The notes under the pieces were generated by a model. That model saw only the letters and a list, made by a program, of their open reading frames with translations. It searched no databases and had not been told where the DNA came from. The translations under genes and the position numbers were made by a program. This document shows positions 9,952-20,088 of a DNA stretch of 44,497 nt, piece after piece. Origin of the DNA: an uncultured Alloprevotella sp. (GTDB lineage: Bacteria; Bacteroidota; Bacteroidia; Bacteroidales; Bacteroidaceae); contig CAUSYJ010000001.1 in NCBI GenBank assembly GCA_963535845.1, forward strand, positions 1 to 44,497. Direction: 5' to 3'. Positions within the stretch are counted from its first letter, which is position 1; the number at the start of each line of letters is the position of its first letter.

Positions 9952-10821
9952 TTAGTATGAAATTTCGGAACTGCCTTCGAAGAAAGTAAGGGTGAGAGTG
10001 AATCGCAGCCACGGGCGCGGTTCGTCGGGAATGAACTCGTCTACGCGGCACGAGTTGTAGTAGAATGGGGCGTTCGCGTATCGTCGCGCACCGGGGCGGA
10101 TGAGATCGGCGAGCAGCGCGTCGTAGTTTCGCCAGAGTTCGGCGAGGGTGTCGGCGCGCATCAGGAGTTGAACGGAGCGGTCGCCGCCTTTCTCGTTAAA
10201 CAAGGCGCCTTTGTCGTAAAATGCCCCCGCTTTTGTCGAAAACTTGCGGAGTAATCCCGTCTTCACCTCATTGCGCTGCTCCATCTCGTCGACTACGTCC
10301 CCGAGAACGCGGGCGCCGTAGTCGGCAAAGGAGCGTTTCGGGCTTTCGGTGATCACGAATTTGTCGCGACGCGAGGTGCTGAGTATCCGCGCGCACTCCT
10401 TTTCGGCCGCGGGCGGTTGATAGGTGTAGCCTTTCATCGGGGTGTCTTCGGCAAATTTGAGCCCGAAGGTCGATGCGTGGGCGCCGCCGGAGGGCGCGAT
10501 GAAACGCAGCGACCAGGAACGTCCGATGCTCGGGGCGCGCACGTCAATAACGGGAGACACTCCGAGCGTTCCGATGACTCTATCGTAGTCCTCTTGATAG
10601 GTGGAGGAGAGTCTCAGCGTTACTTCGCGCGTGTCGAGCACGGGGTCGGAGAGATCGGGGTCGAAACCGAGCTCTTCGTACCAATCATTCGCGGGCGGAG
10701 TCTTCAACGGCGGAAAGGCGATCAGCTCATTGAAGCCCCCGAAGGCCACGCAGGCGTAGGAGTCGTCCCAAACGTCCGTGTCGCCGAAGAAAAGCCGTTC
10801 TGAATAGTCTAATGCGTTCAT
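9952..10821 (-). CDS. Distal tail (Dit-like) protein
   Basis: Follows the tape measure gene with an ATGA overlap; FPPLKTPPANDWYEELG motif. Confidence 0.6.
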   Translation of the reverse strand: MNALDYSERLFFGDTDVWDDSYACVAFGGFNELIAFPPLKTPPANDWYEELGFDPDLSDPVLDTREVTLRLSSTYQEDYDRVIGTLGVSPVIDVRAPSIGRSWSLRFIAPSGGAHASTFGLKFAEDTPMKGYTYQPPAAEKECARILSTSRRDKFVITESPKRSFADYGARVLGDVVDEMEQRNEVKTGLLRKFSTKAGAFYDKGALFNEKGGDRSVQLLMRADTLAELWRNYDALLADLIRPGARRYANAPFYYNSCRVDEFIPDEPRPWLRFTLTLTFFEGSSEISY

Positions 10822-13800
10822 TGCTTGATCTTAATTCCTTTGAGTGCGATGTCGCCGACGGTGTCTTTGACGGACTTCAAGTGTTGCTCGACGACCGTAA
10901 GACGCGCGTGGACGTTGCCCGTGTTGCGTTCGATGCCGACCACGCCCTTGAGTATCTCGTTGGCCGTCCCGAGGAGCATCCTGGTGTTCTCGGCGATGTT
11001 GTAGGTGTGTCCTTGCACGGCTGTCATTCGCCCGTTGAGTTCGTCGACGGAGTCCTGCGATGCGGTGGCGATGCCCTTCTGCGAGGCTTCGCGAGTTGCG
11101 GCGCTGCCGCCCGAAAGGTCGATGCCTTTTTGCTTGAACATCTCGGCCGCTTTCTTGTATTCCTCTTGCGCCACCTTTTCAACGTCCGCAAATGCGTGGG
11201 CTGCCGCCCCCAATGCATTGGTGATTTCGCCTTCGTTTCCCGTTGCGTAGGCTTTTTTCACCAACTCGGATTGTCGTTCAATCACGGGCTGGAGAATGGC
11301 CGCTTGCACCATGTCCTTTGCGACGTTGCGCATCACCTTTCTTGTCACGTCTCCGAAAGCTTCCGCAGCGTCTGTGCCCCTTTCGAACGCGTCGGCGATG
11401 ACGTCCATAATGTCCGTGGCGTAGTTGCCGAAGATTCCGCCGAGATAGTCGTCCAGTTGTTTGAGCGCGGCTTCGTAGTTCTCCTCCGCCTTGATCAGCG
11501 ATTCGAACGCCTTTTTGCCGTCGCCTTCGAACTCTCGCGTCGAAGCAATGCTCTTGGCGAGTTCGAGATTGAGGTGGCCGTTGGCTTTGACGAGGTCTTT
11601 GTATTCGGCGAGCTGCGTTATGCCGCTGTACATGTCCCGCCCTTTGCCGAGTCCGAAGAATCCCGAACGCGCGTGCCCCGTCTTCACGCTGATCATGCCC
11701 AGCCCGTAGTGGTCGCCCTCGGTTTTCGGGTCGAAGAGGATGCGGCCGCCCGCCCATTGCTCTTTCTTTTCGAGAGAAAAGCGATAGTCGGCAAGCGTTT
11801 TGAGGTCGCCCTTGATGCGCTTCTTGATGTCCGCGTCCCAATCCTTTGCGACGAGGAGCGCACGGCGTGCCTTCGTGTATTTGTCCGTCCCGAAGATCGT
11901 TTCGAGGTCGCGGGCTTCGAGGCGTTCTTGCCGCAGGAGTTCGTTGTATTGCAGTTGCTGCTCGTTGATCTGCTTCTGAATTTCGAGCAACGCCTTCTTG
12001 TGCGCCGCGGCCGCCTGAAAGGCTTTCGTGACATAGCCGATGGCCTCGCCCGCCGCAGCCGCGATGCCGCCCACAATGCCGCCCTGCGCAAAGCCTTTCC
12101 CGATGTTCGACACGGTGGTCATGGTTTCGGTCAGCGCGTCGGCCTGCTCACTCAGGTTTTGACTGCCCGCGGCTTCGAACATTGCGGAGAGTTTCGCCGA
12201 AATGGGGGCGATCACGTCGGCCGTTGCGGATGCTGCCGACGCCAACTTCTTCAGACGCACCTCGAGGGCAGGGAGACTCTCGCCTTGTTCGGCCTTTCGG
12301 AACACGTCGTTGATGGCTTCGCTCAGTGCCACAAACGGGTTTTCGGCCTTCACCGCGTCCTTCAGTCGCTTGAGTTGATCGGTGATTTCCTTTACCTTCT
12401 CGGGGGCTTGTTTGAGGTTGCGGAGTTCTTGTGCCGAAAAGCCGAAGTTCGGGACGATCTTCTCGTCGGATGTCTCGCGGAGATAGGCCAGGAGTGATTC
12501 GGTTTCGGTGATCACCTTGTGCAGCTCCTTGCGGCTCTTCTCGGCAGCGTCGCCGAAGAGGTTCACGAAGAGTGCGGACGTCTTCTTCGTGCTCTCGATT
12601 TCCTCGTCGTTCACGGCCTTGATGTCCTTCTCCTGCTTGCGCTTCGACTCGGCGAGGGCGCGTTCCTTCGTGCCGGCGATGTCGGCGAGCTTTTGACTCG
12701 CTTCCTTTTCGCGCTTCTCGGCCGCGGTGTGTGCCTCGGAGTCGAATTTCGCGAGGGCGTCGTTCTTGTCCTTGCCCGCCTGGGCGATCTCTTCCTGCAG
12801 TCGTCGGGCGTATTGTGAGAAATACTCTTCGATCGAGGCGCGTTTCTGTTCGCCCTCCTTCGCGATTTCGGAGCGTCGTGTGTCGTAGTCCTGAAATTCG
12901 GCGATGGCGCGCTTGTAGAGATCGCCCGAGGCTTTGACGCGCGTGTCGTCTGCTACGCTCTTGTATTGCGCCAGCATCGCTTTTTGTGATACGTCGAGGT
13001 CGGCTTCCGATACCTTGAGTTGGTCGCGCTGCGCGTTCTCCGCTTCCTTCGTGGCCTTCGGATGTGCTTTCTTCCATTCGCGCATCTTGTTTTCCTTGAG
13101 CGCTTTCACCATTTCATCGGAGCGCTTCTTGTTTTCGAAGAGCAGGCGTTCGTAGTTAAGTTCGATTTGCTCGCGTTCTTTCTCGTATCCGTCTTCGAGC
13201 AGATTGATATTGTTTTGTCGGATTTCCAACTTTGCTTCGTACTCCTTTTGGATCACGGAGTCTTTGTAGTCCTCGATGGCCGTTTCGAGATCGTGCTTTT
13301 CGAGTGCGATGCGTTTGCGCTCCTCTTCGGCTTTCTTTCGGGCATCGGCGGCAGTTTTCGCCCTTCGCTTGGCTTCGGCCTTTGCGTCTTTGGCTGCTTG
13401 TTTGCGTTGTTCCTCGGCCTTCTGACGGGCGGCTTCCTCTCGTTTAGATTGTATTTGTGCCGTCTTTCCGTAGTCTACGGTACGTTGTGCTACTTCTTTA
13501 TCGGTGTAAACCTTTCCTCCGATGTTTCTCTTTGTTTCTCCCTTTCGCTTCATATCCTCTAAGATACTCGCAAAGCCTGCGGCAAGATCTTTTACCCTAC
13601 CGGACTCCATTTTGAGCATCCACGCGGGGGGCTCTCCGTCGAAGTTGATGTGGAAGTTGAGCGTATTGTCGGCAAAGTCTTTGGCGATGCGCGATACGTT
13701 TTTGTAGAGTTCGTCCGCCGTATTGCTTGCGTTGAGAATCTTCCGCCGTCCGGCTTCGATGCGGTCGGCCGAGGTCATACTGGCTTCGCCTAAGCGCTTT

Positions 13801-16016
13801 TGTGCTTCTGCATCCTTGTTGGTTATGTCGATGAATCGCTGACGCTCCGAGGTGGCGTCCTGGATCTTATCAATGTAATCGTCGAGAATGTCGGTATCAA
13901 AGAACGTTCCCTCTATCCACGTTTTGTTGGCAGCGTCGTCCGAAAAGCCCGCCCTCTTCATACGTTCCTTGATCAGCCTCTTCAGCTCTTCTCGTCCCTT
14001 TTCAAGCTCTTCTCCCGTTTTGTTGGCGATGAGATGCCCATGCTGTTGAACTGCACTGGCCACGATATTTGCCACATTATCAGAGTTCTTTCTAAGCTCG
14101 TCGGCTGCGAAGCTGTTGCCTTGGCTTTGATCTAAATAGTCTGCGCTCCTTAACCGCTTTGCTAGTTCCTCGTTGGCTTTCCCTTCGGTGTCGTCGAAAC
14201 GCTCTTGTGCGGTCTTTATCGCGTTCAACCTCTGCCGCTCGATCCCTTCACTTTTGATCAGTTCAATCGCCTGCTTGCGCTTCTTGTTGATCGTGTCGAT
14301 GTTGTCGCCTTCTTTGATCTGCGTAACGCCGTACTCTTCGAGAATCGTGTTCAGCTCTTCCATCGTCTTCTTGTACACGCCCGTGCCCTCGTCGAGCCCC
14401 ATTAGGACGGTACTCAACGACTCGACCTGCTGAATCGACTTTGCTGCGCTCTCGCCGAAACGCTCGGACATTTGGGTGACCTCGTCCGTGCTCTGCTTGA
14501 AAAAGAACATGGCAGACGCGGCGGCCGTGATCGCCCCGACGAGCAAGCCGATGGGATTGCTCATAATCGCCCTTCCAAGCCCATGAAGTGCCATAGACAA
14601 CAGATTCGTCGCTCCCGTGCTCGCGGTTTGTGCGGCCGTGTTTGCCGCCGTTTCGAGCGTATTTACGCGCTTTGCGGCCGTGTTCAGCGTGGCTTGCTTG
14701 CTGCTTAGGCTCTGAATAGCGGTGTTCTTCGCCTTTTCGGCGGTATTTAATCGCTCCTGCGCCGTGGATAATGCGGTTGTCGCCGCTTCTATTCTCTTCG
14801 CGTTGCCGCTCATCATGGCCGCGCCTACTTGCGAACGCTTTGCCGCCACGGCTTCCGCGGCTTTCTTTTCGCGCATCGTAGCAAAGGCGATTTCCTTTTC
14901 CGCCGCCTGCACTTCGATCTGTGTTGTCTGAACGAGGGCTTTTTGCTTCTGCAGCTCCGCGTGTACTTCCGTTTGGACGGCCTTCGCGTAGGCCAGTGAG
15001 GACTGAGAGAGTTTCATCTTGGAGAGTTTCGCCTGCTGCTCCAGCGTCAAAACGCTCCGAAGTTGTTGCCCCGTGGTCAATACCTTTCCCGTCTCAGAAA
15101 CCTTGTGAATCGCAGCCAATGTCACAACCGCGGCTTTATAAGCGCCAATTGCAGCGGCAGCGGTGAGCACGACCTTCCCGATCGTCCGCCAGTTCTCGAT
15201 GAGCTTGCCCGTGATGTCGAGCACCCCCGAGATATTCCCCTCCTGGCTCTTGCCGATCTCGTTAAACATCTGCTCCCACGCGTCCTCGATGTTCGACAGC
15301 TGTCCCTTAATCGTCTTCGACTGCTTCTCCATCAGGCCGCCGAACTTGCTGCCTTCGCCCGTCAACGCTTCGATAGCCTTCTGCACTTCGGGGAAACCGA
15401 TCTTGCCCTCTTCGACAAGCTTCTTCACCTCGCTCTTGTTCTTGCCGAATTGCTTGGCAAGCTCGTCGGCGAGGGGAATACCGCGGCCGAGGAACTGATT
15501 GAGGTCTTGCGTGTAGAGACGGCCTTGTACCATGGTCGTGCCGTAAAGAAACGCGAGGTCTTTTAGCGGCATAGACAAGCCCGCGGCGATGTCTCCGAGA
15601 CGGATTAGTGTCTCGTTCACCTTGTCGCCCTCCATTCCGTAGGCGAGGAGCATCTTCGACGCTTCGGCAACCTCGCTCATCTCAAAGGGCGTGGTGGCGG
15701 CCGTGTCGATCAATTGCCCCATCAGCGCATCGGCCTTCGACTTGCTGCCGAGCATCGTTTCAAACGCCACTTCCAGCTGCTGATATTCGCCGCGAACGAG
15801 GGCGAGCTGCGAGACAAAGTCTTTGATCTTGTCGACGGCAAACAAACCCGCGGCCGACGCTGCGAGTTTTCCCATAAGCCCGTCCATCTTCAACACTTCG
15901 GCTTCGGCTGCCGTTCCGATGCCGCGAAGTTCCGCCTGGGCGCGTTGCGCTCCCGCGCGGAGTTCGCTATCGTCGAAAAACGCTGCGAAAGAAAGTCTTC
16001 CCGTTTCCTGATCCAT
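10818..16016 (-). CDS. Tape measure protein
   Basis: 1732 aa, helical and Ala/Lys/Glu-rich; AATTPF..V....KMLLAYG and LNQF..RGIP tape-measure motifs. Confidence 0.95.
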   Translation of the reverse strand: MDQETGRLSFAAFFDDSELRAGAQRAQAELRGIGTAAEAEVLKMDGLMGKLAASAAGLFAVDKIKDFVSQLALVRGEYQQLEVAFETMLGSKSKADALMGQLIDTAATTPFEMSEVAEASKMLLAYGMEGDKVNETLIRLGDIAAGLSMPLKDLAFLYGTTMVQGRLYTQDLNQFLGRGIPLADELAKQFGKNKSEVKKLVEEGKIGFPEVQKAIEALTGEGSKFGGLMEKQSKTIKGQLSNIEDAWEQMFNEIGKSQEGNISGVLDITGKLIENWRTIGKVVLTAAAAIGAYKAAVVTLAAIHKVSETGKVLTTGQQLRSVLTLEQQAKLSKMKLSQSSLAYAKAVQTEVHAELQKQKALVQTTQIEVQAAEKEIAFATMREKKAAEAVAAKRSQVGAAMMSGNAKRIEAATTALSTAQERLNTAEKAKNTAIQSLSSKQATLNTAAKRVNTLETAANTAAQTASTGATNLLSMALHGLGRAIMSNPIGLLVGAITAAASAMFFFKQSTDEVTQMSERFGESAAKSIQQVESLSTVLMGLDEGTGVYKKTMEELNTILEEYGVTQIKEGDNIDTINKKRKQAIELIKSEGIERQRLNAIKTAQERFDDTEGKANEELAKRLRSADYLDQSQGNSFAADELRKNSDNVANIVASAVQQHGHLIANKTGEELEKGREELKRLIKERMKRAGFSDDAANKTWIEGTFFDTDILDDYIDKIQDATSERQRFIDITNKDAEAQKRLGEASMTSADRIEAGRRKILNASNTADELYKNVSRIAKDFADNTLNFHINFDGEPPAWMLKMESGRVKDLAAGFASILEDMKRKGETKRNIGGKVYTDKEVAQRTVDYGKTAQIQSKREEAARQKAEEQRKQAAKDAKAEAKRRAKTAADARKKAEEERKRIALEKHDLETAIEDYKDSVIQKEYEAKLEIRQNNINLLEDGYEKEREQIELNYERLLFENKKRSDEMVKALKENKMREWKKAHPKATKEAENAQRDQLKVSEADLDVSQKAMLAQYKSVADDTRVKASGDLYKRAIAEFQDYDTRRSEIAKEGEQKRASIEEYFSQYARRLQEEIAQAGKDKNDALAKFDSEAHTAAEKREKEASQKLADIAGTKERALAESKRKQEKDIKAVNDEEIESTKKTSALFVNLFGDAAEKSRKELHKVITETESLLAYLRETSDEKIVPNFGFSAQELRNLKQAPEKVKEITDQLKRLKDAVKAENPFVALSEAINDVFRKAEQGESLPALEVRLKKLASAASATADVIAPISAKLSAMFEAAGSQNLSEQADALTETMTTVSNIGKGFAQGGIVGGIAAAAGEAIGYVTKAFQAAAAHKKALLEIQKQINEQQLQYNELLRQERLEARDLETIFGTDKYTKARRALLVAKDWDADIKKRIKGDLKTLADYRFSLEKKEQWAGGRILFDPKTEGDHYGLGMISVKTGHARSGFFGLGKGRDMYSGITQLAEYKDLVKANGHLNLELAKSIASTREFEGDGKKAFESLIKAEENYEAALKQLDDYLGGIFGNYATDIMDVIADAFERGTDAAEAFGDVTRKVMRNVAKDMVQAAILQPVIERQSELVKKAYATGNEGEITNALGAAAHAFADVEKVAQEEYKKAAEMFKQKGIDLSGGSAATREASQKGIATASQDSVDELNGRMTAVQGHTYNIAENTRMLLGTANEILKGVVGIERNTGNVHARLTVVEQHLKSVKDTVGDIALKGIKIKQ

Positions 16017-16019
16017 GGT

Positions 16020-16307
16020 TCAATCTTTTATGCCGAGAATCTCTCGGACTCGTTCTTGATTAGCGGGGTCGCTCGCGTCGATCACCTCTTCCTTGCTTTC
16101 GTCGTCCTTGTCTGTGTCGTACGACGGGAGAGCGGCGCCGAGCATGATTAGGTTGGTGTAGCTCAATTCGTAGAGCACGTAATCGAGCGAGAAGTTGAAC
16201 CCCTTGATTACTCCTCCGATGATCGCCCAGACGCTGTCGTTTCGTTCTCCACTTTCGTCGGTCTGAGAAGATTCACGGCGTTGAGGAAAGTGGTAAGCGC
16301 GAAAAAA
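16020..16307 (-). CDS. Tail assembly chaperone -1 frame extension (gpGT-like)
   Basis: 96-codon open -1 frame (..NDSVWAIIGGVIKGFNFSLDYVLYELSYTNLIMLGAALPSYD..) filling the gap to the tape measure gene; T TTT TTC heptamer at its 5' end. Confidence 0.75.
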   Translation of the reverse strand, partial: FFRAYHFPQRRESSQTDESGERNDSVWAIIGGVIKGFNFSLDYVLYELSYTNLIMLGAALPSYDTDKDDESKEEVIDASDPANQERVREILGIKD

Positions 16308-16750
16308 CTAGAGATCTCCATCCGTTTAAGCACATCGGAGACGACCGCTTGCAGCTCCACGGGGCTCAATGTCTCGAGTATCTCACGGGCGAGCACTTCG
16401 CCTCGGGTGACCTTCGGCGTCCTTTCCCGTCTTACAAGGCGCAGAACGCGCGATAACAGCGAAGACGGGTGCTCACTCACAGCGGGGGCTTTCGCTTCGC
16501 GTGCGCCGAGAATCAACGTTGCCGCCAGAAGACCGAGACTTTCGCACTCCGACGCGTAGGAGAGCGCGCTTGTGATGAGATCGCCGTTTTCGACCTCGGG
16601 GAGACGGGGAAGGTGCGACACGATCTCCGAGACACTAATCAGCGTCGCAAGCGTGGGAGGTGCTACTTCGTAGGTCGTTGCGCCCACTGTTACTTCGACG
16701 GGGGCTTGCATCACGGCATCTGCCACCCGTTGTTCTTGTGTTTTGGTCAT
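16208..16750 (-). CDS. Tail assembly chaperone (gpG-like)
   Basis: Lies between the tail tube and tape measure genes; YEVAPPTLATLISVSE motif. Confidence 0.75.
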   Translation of the reverse strand: MTKTQEQRVADAVMQAPVEVTVGATTYEVAPPTLATLISVSEIVSHLPRLPEVENGDLITSALSYASECESLGLLAATLILGAREAKAPAVSEHPSSLLSRVLRLVRRERTPKVTRGEVLAREILETLSPVELQAVVSDVLKRMEISSFFALTTFLNAVNLLRPTKVENETTASGRSSEE

Positions 16751-16771
16751 TAGTGTTTTACATTTGTTAGG

Positions 16772-16840
16772 GGCGCAGAGCGGAATCGAACCGCTCGCAC
16801 TCGTAACCCCCACGTCTGCGAGTGCCTTTCCTTGTGCGCC
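16772..16840 (-). ncRNA. tRNA-like element (solo unit, 6+6 bp type)
   Basis: GGCGCA-CAAGGAAAG-GCACTCG..CGAGTGC-GAGCGG TTCGATT CCGCTC-TGCGCC; no D stem and no 7-nt anticodon loop. Confidence 0.7.
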
Positions 16841-16856
16841 TGTGCATTTCTCGTGG

Positions 16857-17354
16857 TTAGCCTATCGAGGAACCAGGACTCGATGCTCCTGCACTTCCTA
16901 CGTCTTTGATTACATCATACACAATGCCTTCGCCTTTTGCGTCTGTGTAAACAAGTCCTTCGTATTGAAACAAGATGCCTGTTGCCATATCGGAGGACTT
17001 CAGCACGGTGATTCCGACGCGATCGGCCTGCCATCCAAAGCATGCCGGGTCGTCGGGTATGAATCGAAGTGCATGCTCTCCTCCAACAATGCCCCTTTTG
17101 TCCTTAAACGGAATCTTTTCGCCCTTCGCGACAAAGAGTTGGAACTCGATTTTTTCAGACGCGGGCATTTGTTTAGCGTCGACGAGTTCTCCTTTCTCGT
17201 TCTTTGCTTCGGTTCTTTCACCGGCTTGAGAAGACGTTTTGAGAGTCTTATCCTTCGGGGTGGGGATGTTATCCCATGCTACTCCGGGCTTTGGCTTGCC
17301 GTCTTCAGAGACTTTTGTTTGGAGGCTTCCGAATCTCCAGCTGAGTTGTCCCAT
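16857..17354 (-). CDS. Major tail (tube) protein
   Basis: Position after the tail terminator, 165 aa, beta-rich composition. Confidence 0.65.
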   Translation of the reverse strand: MGQLSWRFGSLQTKVSEDGKPKPGVAWDNIPTPKDKTLKTSSQAGERTEAKNEKGELVDAKQMPASEKIEFQLFVAKGEKIPFKDKRGIVGGEHALRFIPDDPACFGWQADRVGITVLKSSDMATGILFQYEGLVYTDAKGEGIVYDVIKDVGSAGASSPGSSIG

Positions 17355-17387
17355 AGTTCTGTGTTTTTGTGTGGTTAATGTGTGTGT

Positions 17388-17816
17388 TTAGTCTGTGTCA
17401 TCGTCTCCGAAAAAGTCGTATTCGAGCCTTACGACGATGAAATGTTCGTGTAGCTCGGGTGCTTCGTCGGTGGCGATCGTCTGTTGTAATCGGAATCGAT
17501 AGTTCGAGTCGCGCGTTGAGAGTGAATCCACCCATCGTTGTGCGGCGCGTTCTATTTCCTCCGTTCGGGCGCTGTCTTCGGTCAGCACGCCGTTGTCGTA
17601 CGGGTCAATATCGGGGACGAAGATGTTTATCGTTACGACCCCGCTTTGAATATCCCCCGTAACACCCGCGGTGAAGATCACCACGGCGTCCTCGTTTGGG
17701 CTGTCTCGCGGGCGTAGACCTTCGCGATAAACTCCGCCCGTGATCGTCTCTGCGATCGGGCTCTTGAGGAGTTTCCGATACACGTCGCCCTGAATCTGTC
17801 GAGAGGTTTTTGGCAT
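17388..17816 (-). CDS. Tail terminator-like protein
   Basis: Synteny; ITGGVYREGLRPRDS..EDAVVIF..Q.GVVTINIFVPD. Confidence 0.6.
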   Translation of the reverse strand: MPKTSRQIQGDVYRKLLKSPIAETITGGVYREGLRPRDSPNEDAVVIFTAGVTGDIQSGVVTINIFVPDIDPYDNGVLTEDSARTEEIERAAQRWVDSLSTRDSNYRFRLQQTIATDEAPELHEHFIVVRLEYDFFGDDDTD

Positions 17817-17822
17817 TAGCGA

Positions 17823-18317
17823 TTACTTTCGTTTGGCGTTGAGTTTAGCTAGCATCTGCGGCACAAGTTGTTTCGCTTCGAGTGTCGCGCTGTCGAGAAC
17901 GTCCCGTCCGCGATTCGCAACGTGCACGGCGTAGTCCATACCTGCGACGACAATAAGCGCCACGCCGCGGCTGTACTTTCGTGCGAGTTCGGCCGCAAAA
18001 CGCCGTCCTTCGTAGCCGCCGGGCTTCGTTGCGGTGATCGGAGAGCGAGAGGAGGCGGACGTCTTCCCTCGGCGGGAGTGTTGCGCCACGTCGAAATTCG
18101 AACTCCAGCGAATGTGTCCGTCGACGACAATAACCGCCCCGATCGAACTGCGGAGATTCCCCGTCTGGTCAATGTACGAGCCCCTGCGCCGAGCGGTGTT
18201 GACGACGCGAACGGCCACGTACTGCAACGAACGAATCAACGCACGTTCGTACTTCTGCGCGGCATCGGCGAAATAGCGCTCCACGGCCTGATAATCCGTC
18301 TTATCTACAATTGGCAT
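17823..18317 (-). CDS. Neck / tail-completion protein (HK97 gp10-like)
   Basis: DQTGNLRSSIG and VAGMDYAVHV motifs. Confidence 0.75.
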   Translation of the reverse strand: MPIVDKTDYQAVERYFADAAQKYERALIRSLQYVAVRVVNTARRRGSYIDQTGNLRSSIGAVIVVDGHIRWSSNFDVAQHSRRGKTSASSRSPITATKPGGYEGRRFAAELARKYSRGVALIVVAGMDYAVHVANRGRDVLDSATLEAKQLVPQMLAKLNAKRK

Positions 18318-18329
18318 TTCCTTCGTATT

Positions 18330-18650
18330 TTAGATCCAAAGACGAATCTGGCAGACGGCATCGAGGCGTTCGACACGTTGCACGGAGAAGTCCCCCAGAG
18401 AGCGCCCGTCTCGGTCGACAAGGCGTATCTGCTCCCCTTCGAACGGTTGCTCATCGATGAGCACCGTGTAGGCCGCGGGGGTGAAGTGTTCGCCGTGCGT
18501 CGTGCCCTGGGCGTTGTAATGCACCACCGTGTATTGACACGGAATCGCGCCGACGTATCCTCCCTCCGACCTGCGAGGGTGTCCTGTCGCGGGGTCGATT
18601 CCCGACGCTGTCTTTCGTTTCACGGACAAAGTTCCGTTCGGGATGATCAT
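18330..18650 (-). CDS. Head closure / head-tail joining protein
   Basis: Synteny, 106 aa, ATGA coupling. Confidence 0.55.
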   Translation of the reverse strand: MIIPNGTLSVKRKTASGIDPATGHPRRSEGGYVGAIPCQYTVVHYNAQGTTHGEHFTPAAYTVLIDEQPFEGEQIRLVDRDGRSLGDFSVQRVERLDAVCQIRLWI

Positions 18651-18973
18651 AGGCGGTCGCCTTTATATCCGAAGATCGAAGACTTCACCGCGCCGCCTTC
18701 GAGTTCTTCAAAAACGGCGGCCGCTCGCGTTCGGTACGTCTTACGCTGTTCGTCGGTGAATGCGTAGTTCTGTCCGCCTTGCGAGACGTTCGGGGCGGCT
18801 GCTAGCCACGTAAGAATGTCCGCTTCGGCCAGACGAAACGCGTTGCCGCGAATCACGTCGGCGGTTGCCTCGGCGTCTCGTGAGAGCCCGCGCCGAATGC
18901 ACACGCCTTCGAGCGTGGCATTCGGGAGAGGGTACATTGTGATTCCCCGAAGGGCTTGTTCTACGGTGTACAT
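18647..18973 (-). CDS. Head-tail adaptor
   Basis: Immediately after the capsid gene; LAEADILTWL..APNVSQGG motif. Confidence 0.6.
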   Translation of the reverse strand: MYTVEQALRGITMYPLPNATLEGVCIRRGLSRDAEATADVIRGNAFRLAEADILTWLAAAPNVSQGGQNYAFTDEQRKTYRTRAAAVFEELEGGAVKSSIFGYKGDRL

Positions 18974-18993
18974 CGTCTCGGGCTTTCGTTGCG

Positions 18994-20076
18994 TTACCAG
19001 TCTTGTGCGTCGGTGCGGAGGTAGACGTTGCGGTATGCCGTGTCGAATACGGGGATTGCGTCCGTTTGTCCGATCGTTACCTCCTTATACGGTTCGTCCA
19101 CGCCGTACTTCTTGATTACCGTGTGGGCACGTTCCGTGCGAATACCGCGGAAATTCGGCTCGGCAAGAATGTCGTACTGCGTCGAACCGAGGATCGGCGT
19201 TTCGCAAAGCACAAGACGGTCGTTCTCGAACGGGTTGCCCGACGTAAACGTGCCGTCGGTGAACTCGCGGGTGATGTCTTGATCGATCACGCGGAGCTGC
19301 AAGCCGTAGAGAAACGCCTGCGAAGCGAGCATTTTGTTCACCTGATCAAGTGAGGGAGTTTGAGCAATACCCACGGCATTGGCAATGAACGACGCGCAGG
19401 CCTTGATGATCTGTTCCGAAGAGCAGATCTTGTAGAACGTCTCCATGCTTACGAGAGCGTAACGAGGGTGCAAATTCTTCTTGCGGGCGGCTTTTACGGC
19501 TTTCACCAAATCGCCGATAACGTCCGCGTTCGACTTGTCGCCCCAATTCGTGGAAGTCTTCATTTTGAGATCCTCGTCCACATCGTAGTCGAGGTTGAAC
19601 TCATTCGCCATCGTGGCGTTCGTCGTGGTGTTGAACGCGAGCTTGCCGGCGTTGGATACGAGTTTCAACGCAATGTACTCCAACTCGCTTTGCACGCCGT
19701 TGACGCAGAAGTCCACATCCGCGCCCCAATACTGTACGAGTTGCGCCGCGTCGGGGGATTTTGCGAGAGCATACGCTACTTGGTACTCCTTCAACTCCGA
19801 GCGCGAGAGTTCACGGCTGATCGAGATGAAAGGAATGTCGCCCTTTGCACTCTCGAACATCGGGCGGCGCTTGCGCACGATTGTACTGTTGTCCGAGTGG
19901 ATGTCGGCCGCAACGTTCTTTCGTCCGAGTTGGTTGCTGATCGTGCCCCACGTAAAGCCGTTGACGCGGCGGACGGGGAAGAGCGTGGCAAACTGAAACG
20001 GACGAACGTCGACGCTATCGACACGAGCCTGCACCATCTGTTGTGTGAGGCCTTGAATCAAAGTATCTGTGATCAT
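18994..20076 (-). CDS. Major capsid protein
   Basis: 360 aa, follows scaffold and decoration genes; lambda gpE-like layout. Confidence 0.85.
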   Translation of the reverse strand: MITDTLIQGLTQQMVQARVDSVDVRPFQFATLFPVRRVNGFTWGTISNQLGRKNVAADIHSDNSTIVRKRRPMFESAKGDIPFISISRELSRSELKEYQVAYALAKSPDAAQLVQYWGADVDFCVNGVQSELEYIALKLVSNAGKLAFNTTTNATMANEFNLDYDVDEDLKMKTSTNWGDKSNADVIGDLVKAVKAARKKNLHPRYALVSMETFYKICSSEQIIKACASFIANAVGIAQTPSLDQVNKMLASQAFLYGLQLRVIDQDITREFTDGTFTSGNPFENDRLVLCETPILGSTQYDILAEPNFRGIRTERAHTVIKKYGVDEPYKEVTIGQTDAIPVFDTAYRNVYLRTDAQDW

Positions 20077-20088
20077 CGGATTTTAGAT

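Noticed and set aside
8290..12497. Long plus-strand ORFs (8290-9642, 10812-12497; also 19360-20748, 24318-25622, 30907-32175)
   Set aside because: Antisense shadows of GC-rich minus-strand genes with no recognisable motifs
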